DNA of 64,000 nucleotides from an uncultured Candidatus Actinomarina sp. (GTDB lineage Bacteria; Actinomycetota; Acidimicrobiia; Actinomarinales; Actinomarinaceae): NCBI GenBank assembly GCA_902634185.1, contig CACPJC010000003.1, positions 32,369 to 96,368 of the forward strand, read 5' to 3'. Shown piece by piece: positions 57,191 to 64,000 of this stretch (position 1 is its first letter; each line of letters starts with the position of its first letter). The notes under the pieces were generated by a model. It saw only the letters and a program-made list of their open reading frames with translations, ran no database searches and was not told where the DNA came from. The position numbers and the translations under genes were made by a program.

Positions 57191-57978
57191 TGTATGCTTT
57201 CTGCAATTGCTAAATAATCTTCAGGAGTTAACTCCTGTGGTCTTAAATCTAGATTTAACGATAATTTCACAGCCATATCCTCATCAATATACTCACTTAA
57301 GGCTGATTTAATTTTTTTTCTCTTTTGTTGAAATGCAACTTTTGAGATTTCAAAAGCTTTTAATCTTAATGCTTCATCAACAAGTGTCTCTCTTTGGATT
57401 GTTACAACTGTTGATAAAATTTTTGGTTTTGGTTCGAAACAGTTTTTACTTACATTGAACTGAATTTTTGTACTAGTAAATAATGACGTAAGAACAGAAA
57501 GAGAACCATATTGTTTAGTGTTTGGCATTGCTACCATTCTTTCGGCGACTTCATCCTGTAGCATTACAACATATCGATGTATTTGAGGAACTTCAGTAAT
57601 CAGCTTAACCAACAATCTTGTTCCAATATTATATGGTAAATTACCGACCATAATCCACCAAGGGCCTGATAATTGCTTATAATCATAATCCATTGCGTCT
57701 TCATGAATTACCTCTATGTTTGGTACTTCTCCGAATCTTTCAATAAGAAGATTGACTAATTCTTTATCAATTTCTACAGCTTTAATTCTGTAATTATCTT
57801 TTAGTAATTCATTAGTAAGTGATCCTGTTCCTGGCCCAATCTCTATAATTGGATCGGCTAATTGACCTTGGACAAGTTTCGTAATCTTCCTAGAAATATT
57901 TGTATCAATTAAAAAGTTTTGCCCTAAATTCTTTTTTGGTTTTATATTTAATTTGTTAATCCAAAATACTTCGCTCAA
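57187..57978 (-). CDS. rsmA: 16S rRNA (adenine1518/1519-N6) dimethyltransferase
   Basis: LGQNFLID N-terminus and SAM-binding EIGPGTGSLT. Confidence 0.9.
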   Translation of the reverse strand: MSEVFWINKLNIKPKKNLGQNFLIDTNISRKITKLVQGQLADPIIEIGPGTGSLTNELLKDNYRIKAVEIDKELVNLLIERFGEVPNIEVIHEDAMDYDYKQLSGPWWIMVGNLPYNIGTRLLVKLITEVPQIHRYVVMLQDEVAERMVAMPNTKQYGSLSVLTSLFTSTKIQFNVSKNCFEPKPKILSTVVTIQRETLVDEALRLKAFEISKVAFQQKRKKIKSALSEYIDEDMAVKLSLNLDLRPQELTPEDYLAIAESIQ

Positions 57979-58748
57979 GATTGCCTCTTTAATAACTCTC
58001 TGGAATTTCTAATTGTAATTTCGGATAATTTTTTTTCATCTATATCTAATAGACTCGATATTTTTGATGCTGTGTGCTCTATAAAATTTGGTCTATTTTC
58101 TTCTCCCTTTAATGGCATAGGTGTCAAGTATGGTGTGTCTGTTTCTAGTAGTAACCTATTAGTAGGTATCTCTTGTACAGATAACTGTAAATCTTTTGCA
58201 GTTTCATAAGTTACTATTCCAGAAATTGAAAAGTAAACATCTAATTCTCTAAATCGTTTTGTCCATTTTCTACCCCCTGTCCAGGAATGTAAAATAACCG
58301 ATGAAGGGTTATTAAACTCAACTAATAAATCGTAAGTATCTCGAAAACTATCACGGCAGTGAATAATAATTGGTTTATTTAATTGTTTAGAAAATTCTAA
58401 GTGGAACAAAAAGTTTTCTCTCTGTTCCTCTTTGGTGGACAAATTTCTATAAAAATCAAGACCTGTTTCTCCAATTAAATCTGCTTCTACAAAAAGCTTT
58501 TCAAGATCGTGTTTTTGAGTATCTAAAAGTTTTGCGTCATGAGGATGCAGACCAGCAGACCAGTAACTTTCTACTTCTAATGATGAACTTATCTCTTTTG
58601 CCTTTGAAGATGATTCAACATCAACTCCGGGTATTATTAAAAATTCAATATTCTTGTAATGATTTTCGTCCAAATTTTTGTTTAATAATTGTAAATGACA
58701 ATGGGTATCAACCCACTTGATTTCCATAAATGATTGCGATTTATTCAC
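57975..58748 (-). CDS. tatD: TatD-family metal-dependent hydrolase
   Basis: VDTHCHL metal-binding motif. 257 aa. Confidence 0.85.
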   Translation of the reverse strand: MNKSQSFMEIKWVDTHCHLQLLNKNLDENHYKNIEFLIIPGVDVESSSKAKEISSSLEVESYWSAGLHPHDAKLLDTQKHDLEKLFVEADLIGETGLDFYRNLSTKEEQRENFLFHLEFSKQLNKPIIIHCRDSFRDTYDLLVEFNNPSSVILHSWTGGRKWTKRFRELDVYFSISGIVTYETAKDLQLSVQEIPTNRLLLETDTPYLTPMPLKGEENRPNFIEHTASKISSLLDIDEKKLSEITIRNSRELLKRQS

Positions 58749-59015
58749 TACTATAAGAATAGGAGTATTAAAAATATGGTCAAAGGTAATAAATCTAAGA
58801 TAGACAACCTAGGGAGGGTTGTAATACCTAAATCTATTCGAAAAGCTCTTAATGTTGAACACAATGATGAAATATCTATGCATGTGGAAAATCAAGCATT
58901 AATAATTACGAAAAATAATAACGTTTGCACAATATGTGTAAAAGAAAAAATTGAAATACAAATTAAAGATAAATATTTATGTAAAAGCTGTGTGGAGACA
59001 ATTAAAGGTTTTTAA
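58734..59015 (+). CDS. AbrB/MazE-type (swapped-hairpin) DNA-binding protein with a C-terminal CxxC...CxxC zinc-ribbon-like tail
   Basis: GRVVIPKSIRKALNV swapped-hairpin signature, then CTICVKE...CKSCVE. It overlaps both convergent neighbours by about 14 nt. Confidence 0.6.
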   Translation: MRFIHYYKNRSIKNMVKGNKSKIDNLGRVVIPKSIRKALNVEHNDEISMHVENQALIITKNNNVCTICVKEKIEIQIKDKYLCKSCVETIKGF

Positions 59016-59844
59016 TTAAATCGTATATATTATTAACTTTTTCTTTAGTTATCGATGATATAATCTTTGCAATTTCTCTCTTTGGAACCCTATACTCAAT
59101 CAACTTTTTCGCTAGATCTTCACTGTTTATATCAATAGTTTTTATTTTTTGTGATTTATCAATTACGAGGGTTACCTCTCCTTTATATTCAGTATCTGGA
59201 ATATCTCTTAAGAGGGTCGCAGCAGTACCCCTATAAATTGTTTCAAATTTTTTCGTAAGCTCTCTGCATACAACTATTTCATTTTCTATGTTTTTATTAA
59301 CAAATTCCTCAAGGTCTTTCTTTAATCTATTTGGAGAAGTAAAACATATTAATGTCAATTGAGTTTCCTGAATATTGTTAAAAAATTCAGCTCTTTCTTT
59401 TCCTGATTTTGGAACAAAACCCAAAAACGTAAATTTTTCTGTATCAAAACCTGACAAAGTCAAAGCAACTAAAACACTTGATGGGCCAGGTATAGATACA
59501 ATTTCAACGTTACTTTTTACTAATTTCTTAACAAGCGTATTGCCAGGATCAGAGATGAGAGGCGTTCCAGCATCTGAAATCATTGCAATCGACTTATCAT
59601 CGTCTAATAAATTAAGTATCTCATTAATTTTTTTTACTTCATTTCCTTTGAAATATGAGCGGACTTCTTTTTTTTGGTTCAAATGTGATAATAATTTTTT
59701 TGCTACACGTGTATCTTCAGCATAAACAATATCTACATCAGATAAAACCTGGACCAATCTTGTTGATATGTCGTTTAAGTTCCCAATGGGAGTTGGACAA
59801 ATGTAAAAAGTTCCCATTTTAAAAACTTGTATTACATTGTTCAC
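59002..59844 (-). CDS. rsmI: 16S rRNA 2'-O-methyltransferase RsmI (tetrapyrrole-methylase fold)
   Basis: GTFYICPTPIGNLNDIS...AEDTR N-terminal signature. Confidence 0.85.
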   Translation of the reverse strand: MNNVIQVFKMGTFYICPTPIGNLNDISTRLVQVLSDVDIVYAEDTRVAKKLLSHLNQKKEVRSYFKGNEVKKINEILNLLDDDKSIAMISDAGTPLISDPGNTLVKKLVKSNVEIVSIPGPSSVLVALTLSGFDTEKFTFLGFVPKSGKERAEFFNNIQETQLTLICFTSPNRLKKDLEEFVNKNIENEIVVCRELTKKFETIYRGTAATLLRDIPDTEYKGEVTLVIDKSQKIKTIDINSEDLAKKLIEYRVPKREIAKIISSITKEKVNNIYDLIKNL

Positions 59845-61210
59845 TAGAACAATTATTTAGAAAAGATACCATGAATTCTATATCGTTTGATAATGCCAGT
59901 CTTAGATAATTTCCATCATTATATATCCAAAAGTTTGTATCACCTTCATATAAAATTCCTTTCCAGCTTGAATTGCTCGAACTTTTAATAAATCTTGTTT
60001 GGAAATCTGCCCAATTTTGGAATGCATCTGCAATCTCATTCAATTCATTAACATCATCACCTGATATCTTGACTGTCATAAATAAATCGTTTGAGTCATT
60101 AATATAGTCAACCCAAGATCCGCCACCCAAACCAATTGCTGCATTAACTGCCTCGTTTTTACCTATTTTGGTTTGGAGCAGATATACCAGGTCTAATGAA
60201 TCAATTTTTCCTTCGTCAATGACTGTAAAATTTTCTAACTCTAAAGTTTCAATATCAACATAAATATATGGTTCTTCAGAAAAATATTTTTCTGGTGAGT
60301 ATATTTGTTCAGCGGTAGGTAATTTATAAAGAGCTTCATTAAGTGCTTCCATTTTTCCTTTAGAGTGAATCTGTTTACCTAACTTACCTCCAAAATCATA
60401 ATAAAGATCTAATGGTATATAAAAATATTCTGGAAGTGATACCGAGCATCTGAAATTTGGCCGTTCTGAAGCCATTCTTTGCCTATCATAGGAATCTAAA
60501 TTAGATTCCCAATATGCTTGAACTAAATCTGCTTGAGCTTCTATGATGGACCTTCTGCCAGGATAATTCATAAAATCATCATTGTCTTTCATAGTTGTAT
60601 ACCATTCAGAAAGATCAACTATTTGACCTTGAAGCGAATGTACTAATTCATGTACTATCACAGATTGTTCCCAAAGATTCAACTTTGTCTGATTACGTTT
60701 AATTGGAACTCGTAATATTTGATCAAGTAAATTGTATGAACCAGCTGATGCACATCTTTGAAATTCTACTATCAACTCTTTCATTTTTTCAGGAGATGCG
60801 TTTGTTAGACCCCACATATTTTCTGATAACACAGCCCTCTCCCACTCTCCTTCTTCATAATCTTTTTCAAAATCGTCAAGATAAGAGGCGGCACTATAAT
60901 CTCTGTATCCATCTAATGTATACAAATTAAATTTTGGATATTCTGAGTAAGACAAGCCTGTTCTTTTTTCAACAAACGCAATAAGTTCATCAAATTGCTG
61001 TTTCATTTCTGGGCTTACGTCAAGCAATTCAATTCCAAATTCATCGACGACAATTTCCTCATCAATGTTTTGAACTGTTGTAGTAGTGGAAGATGTTGTA
61101 GTTGAGCTTGTCGTTGTTGAAGTTTCAAGAACTTCTGGCTCAGCTTCAGTATCTAAAGTACAGCTAGAAACTAAGCATAAAACAAGTAAATAATTTATAT
61201 ATTTTCTCAT
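59819..61210 (-). CDS. Secreted lipoprotein with a Thr-rich linker and an HExxH...E motif (putative gluzincin-type metallopeptidase)
   Basis: Lipobox LVSSC, a TSTTTSSTTTSSTTTT linker, and HELVHSLQ with EAQAD about 45 aa downstream. Confidence 0.6.
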   Translation of the reverse strand: MRKYINYLLVLCLVSSCTLDTEAEPEVLETSTTTSSTTTSSTTTTVQNIDEEIVVDEFGIELLDVSPEMKQQFDELIAFVEKRTGLSYSEYPKFNLYTLDGYRDYSAASYLDDFEKDYEEGEWERAVLSENMWGLTNASPEKMKELIVEFQRCASAGSYNLLDQILRVPIKRNQTKLNLWEQSVIVHELVHSLQGQIVDLSEWYTTMKDNDDFMNYPGRRSIIEAQADLVQAYWESNLDSYDRQRMASERPNFRCSVSLPEYFYIPLDLYYDFGGKLGKQIHSKGKMEALNEALYKLPTAEQIYSPEKYFSEEPYIYVDIETLELENFTVIDEGKIDSLDLVYLLQTKIGKNEAVNAAIGLGGGSWVDYINDSNDLFMTVKISGDDVNELNEIADAFQNWADFQTRFIKSSSNSSWKGILYEGDTNFWIYNDGNYLRLALSNDIEFMVSFLNNCSSEQCNTSF

Positions 61211-61263
61211 AGGACTTAAGAATAATTGTAATCTTAACTATTGAGATACAAATAGGAGGATTC

Positions 61264-61671
61264 ATGGTAAAAGAGTTTAGAAATTTTATCAACAGAGGAA
61301 ATGTTGTTGAACTTGGGGTTGCATTTGTTATGGGTGCATCATTCAAATCATTAGTAGATGTATTTACTAAAAGGTTAATAGAGCCATTAATTGGATTAAT
61401 TATTAATCTTCCAAACCTAGACAATCTTGGACTTTTTGGTGATGTAGATCCTAACTCTGGATTGCAATCAGGTAGTTTTGGAGCATTTCTTGGAGAGATA
61501 ATCAATTATTTAATCATTGCATTTGTGATGTTTCTAGTCATTAAGGCTTACAATCATTTTGAAGATATGGTTGATGACGAAGATAATGAAGAAGTTGTTG
61601 CTACAGAATCAAAAGAAGTAACCCTTCTTAAACAAATAAGAGATGGTATAAATAATTTACAAACTAAGTAA
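61264..61671 (+). CDS. mscL: Large-conductance mechanosensitive channel
   Basis: N-terminal EFRNFINRGNVVELGVAFVMGASF is the MscL signature. Confidence 0.9.
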   Translation: MVKEFRNFINRGNVVELGVAFVMGASFKSLVDVFTKRLIEPLIGLIINLPNLDNLGLFGDVDPNSGLQSGSFGAFLGEIINYLIIAFVMFLVIKAYNHFEDMVDDEDNEEVVATESKEVTLLKQIRDGINNLQTK

Positions 61672-61682
61672 AGTAACAACCA

Positions 61683-63446
61683 ATGAAACAAAATAATCTA
61701 AGAGATTTATATAAATACGCTCAACAAAATCAAACAAAAGTTAAAAGAGGAATCCTCTATTCAATTTTAAATAAATTGTTCGATCTCGCTCCTCCGGTCT
61801 TGATTGGTATAGCAATTGATATTGTTGTGGAGGGATCTGATTCTTTCATTGGTTCATTTGGGTTTGAAGACAGACGACAACAATTAATTATTCTTGCATT
61901 TATTACTTTTGTAATTTGGGGTTTAGAATCAATTTTTGATTATGTCGCAGCAGTTACTTGGAGAAATATTGCACAAGATCTACAACATTCCTTACGTACT
62001 GAAACTTTTGAAAAAACACTGGATTTAGATTTATCTTTTTTTGAGAATAAATCTTCTGGACGCCTAATGGCAATATTGAATGACGATGTAAATCAAATGG
62101 AACAGTTTTTAAATGAAGCAGCTAATCGTTTAATTCAGACAGCAACAACCGTTATAGTCATCGGTGGAACCTTTATTTATATATCACCTTTAGTTGCAGT
62201 TTTTGCATTTATTCCAATTCCAGTAATCATTTTTGGATCTTATAAATTTACACAAAGAATTGCCGAAAGATATTCAAAAATACGAAATAATGTTGAATCA
62301 TTAAATGCTCATCTTTCTAATTCAATAACAGGAGTACTAACAGTAAAGAGTTTTAATAGAAAAGACAGAGAGTATAAAAGAATTGACGAAGCATCGAAAG
62401 AGGTAAAAACTGCAAATTATGAAGCAATAAAACTATCTGCCGCATTCATACCCATCATAAGAATTGCAATATTATTTGGCTTTACTGCGACACTTCTCAT
62501 CGGTGGATTTCTTGCTCTAGACGGGCAAATCAAAGTTGCTATGTACTCTGTCATGTTATTTATTACTCAAAGACTTTTATGGCCTTTGACCGAATTAGGA
62601 ATGATTTTTGATGTTTATCAAAAAGCAATGGCATCTTTTAGAAGAATTATCAATTTGAAAGAAACTAAACCACTAATCAACGATGGAAATACCTTTATGG
62701 AGGAACTTAAAGAAAGTATTAGATTTGAAAATCTTAATTTTGAATACGTCTCTGACTTTCCCGTATTGAAAGATGTAAACATCGAAATTATGAAAGGAAA
62801 AACAACGGCAATCGTTGGGAGTACAGGATCTGGTAAATCAACACTAATAAAATTAATTCTCAGATTTTATGAAAAAAATTCTGGAAAAATATTTTTTGAT
62901 AACAATGAAATTGAATCTTTAGTAATTGATAGTCTTCGAAGCAAAATAGGACTTGTAAGCCAAGATGTATTTTTGTTTGAGGGAACTGTTTTTGAAAATA
63001 TAGCTTATGGAAATATAGATGCGTCAACAGAAGACGTATGGAATGCTGCCCGTTTATCTGAATCTGATAAATTTATAAGTGAACTTCCTAATCAAGAAAA
63101 TACTATTGTTGGTGAGCGAGGGCAGAAACTTTCGGGCGGACAAAGACAAAGAATATCTATTGCTAGAGCAATATTGAAAAATCCTGAGATTTTAATCCTT
63201 GATGAAGCAACTTCAGCCGTTGATAATGAAACTGAGGCTGCAATTCAGGAGTCTCTTGAGACATTAAAAGAAGGAAGAACGGTAATTGCTATAGCCCATA
63301 GACTTTCTACTATAAGAAATGCTGACTTAATTTATGTATTAGAGTCAGGTGAGATAGTTGAGTATGGTACTCATGATGAACTACTGAACAGCCAAGGTGT
63401 GTACGCAAAATTATGGGATGTTCAAACAGGAAAGATAAAAAGATAA
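61683..63446 (+). CDS. ABC exporter, fused transmembrane and ATPase domains (MsbA-like)
   Basis: 6-TM domain followed by Walker A GSTGSGKST, LSGGQRQRISIARA and Walker B ILILDEATSA. Confidence 0.85.
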   Translation: MKQNNLRDLYKYAQQNQTKVKRGILYSILNKLFDLAPPVLIGIAIDIVVEGSDSFIGSFGFEDRRQQLIILAFITFVIWGLESIFDYVAAVTWRNIAQDLQHSLRTETFEKTLDLDLSFFENKSSGRLMAILNDDVNQMEQFLNEAANRLIQTATTVIVIGGTFIYISPLVAVFAFIPIPVIIFGSYKFTQRIAERYSKIRNNVESLNAHLSNSITGVLTVKSFNRKDREYKRIDEASKEVKTANYEAIKLSAAFIPIIRIAILFGFTATLLIGGFLALDGQIKVAMYSVMLFITQRLLWPLTELGMIFDVYQKAMASFRRIINLKETKPLINDGNTFMEELKESIRFENLNFEYVSDFPVLKDVNIEIMKGKTTAIVGSTGSGKSTLIKLILRFYEKNSGKIFFDNNEIESLVIDSLRSKIGLVSQDVFLFEGTVFENIAYGNIDASTEDVWNAARLSESDKFISELPNQENTIVGERGQKLSGGQRQRISIARAILKNPEILILDEATSAVDNETEAAIQESLETLKEGRTVIAIAHRLSTIRNADLIYVLESGEIVEYGTHDELLNSQGVYAKLWDVQTGKIKR

Positions 63447-63447
63447 A

Positions 63448-64000
63448 TTAATTTGTTATTTTTGAAACTATTGATTCTCCAATAGCTAAAGAAGCGGTTG
63501 CTGCAGGACTTGGTGAATTAAGGACATGTAAAGAATTTTCTCCCTCTTCAAAAAGAAAGTCATCGACTAAATTCCCATCTTTATCAACAGCTTGTGCTCT
63601 TACACCAGATGGTATTTGTTTGATATCTTTTAGATTTACTCCATTAATTAATTTTTGAATCTCTTTTACAAAAATTTTTTTATTTAATGATCTATACATT
63701 TCAGAAATTCCTGTCCTGAAATATTTTTTCCCTAGTTTGAGCATTCCGGGGAAAGTCAAAACTTTTGTTAAATCTACAAAATTAATATCTGTCCATTTAT
63801 ATCCTTCTTTTGAAAAAGCCAGTACTGCATTTGGTCCAGCCTCAATGTCACCATTTGCAGTTTTTGTTAAATGTATACCTAGGAATGGAAGATCAGGATC
63901 AGCCAATGGATAAATCATATTGTTTAGAATTTTATTTTTTGTGTTACTTATTTTGTAATACTCTCCCCTAAAAGGAATTATTTTTACATTTGGAGACATA
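63448..64000 (-). CDS. FAD-dependent oxidoreductase, C-terminal part (L-2-hydroxyglutarate oxidase-like); the gene continues beyond the window end
   Basis: IPFRGEYY... and PFLGIH motifs resemble LhgO/L2HGDH C-terminal regions. Convergent with the ABC exporter; the stops are 1 bp apart. Confidence 0.45.
   Translation of the reverse strand, partial: MSPNVKIIPFRGEYYKISNTKNKILNNMIYPLADPDLPFLGIHLTKTANGDIEAGPNAVLAFSKEGYKWTDINFVDLTKVLTFPGMLKLGKKYFRTGISEMYRSLNKKIFVKEIQKLINGVNLKDIKQIPSGVRAQAVDKDGNLVDDFLFEEGENSLHVLNSPSPAATASLAIGESIVSKITN

Overview
This is a gene-dense, roughly one-third-GC window carrying a core actinobacterial-type chromosome segment. About 60 ORFs are nearly all on the minus strand, many with 1-8 bp overlaps, and there are no transposases, integrases, CRISPR arrays or rRNA genes. 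The actinobacterial call rests on WhiB, the Ni-SOD/SodX pair, an LAXTG-type class E sortase, an LmbE/MshB-like deacetylase, and the rho-rpmE-prfA-prmC-tsaC...atp gene order. By inference this is a streamlined marine actinobacterium.

Ordinary content, in order along the window:
- gltB 5' end (partial), amt, metG, divergent sodN/sodX, and korAB.
- nadV (NAMPT) and an aquaporin.
- A contiguous phosphate 'supercluster': IMPase-like gene, ppx, sixA-like gene, ppk1, a soluble histidine kinase, an OmpR-type response regulator, phoU, pstBAC and pstS.
- The F1Fo ATP synthase operon (atpI-like through atpC), then glyA, tsaC, prmC, prfA, a DUF1385-like membrane protein, rpmE and rho.
- hom and thrC, a YqeY-family gene, a GDPD gene, a whiB/DUF3107 pair, prs, glmU, tRNA-Gln(UUG), ispE, rsmA, tatD, an AbrB-like gene, rsmI, mscL, an ABC exporter and a partial FAD-oxidoreductase gene.

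The unusual part is a cell-surface island at about 35.0-52.2 kb. It holds a 9-kb ORF encoding a giant surface protein with a signal peptide, about 20 tandem roughly 100-aa Cys-pair repeat modules and poly-Thr linkers. That protein ends in a canonical LAATG + TM + RKRK cell-wall sorting signal and then continues in frame, without a stop, into a complete class E sortase. Immediately downstream and co-oriented are a TetR regulator, a polytopic membrane protein and a secreted HExxH protein. The island is flanked by hom-thrC and by a matrixin-like metzincin that has a peptidoglycan-binding domain, a cadherin-like domain and TSP3-like Ca-binding repeats.

Other oddities are listed as findings:
- KorA has Rho_N-like plus acidic repeat extensions at both termini.
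- PstS is an internal tandem two-domain fusion with nucleotide-identical stretches.
- A perfect 12-bp hairpin sits between pstS and pstC, and there are direct-repeat Pho-box-like and GlnR-box-like sites.
- The histidine kinase has no sensor domain, and ppx lacks a canonical start codon upstream of its conserved N-terminus.
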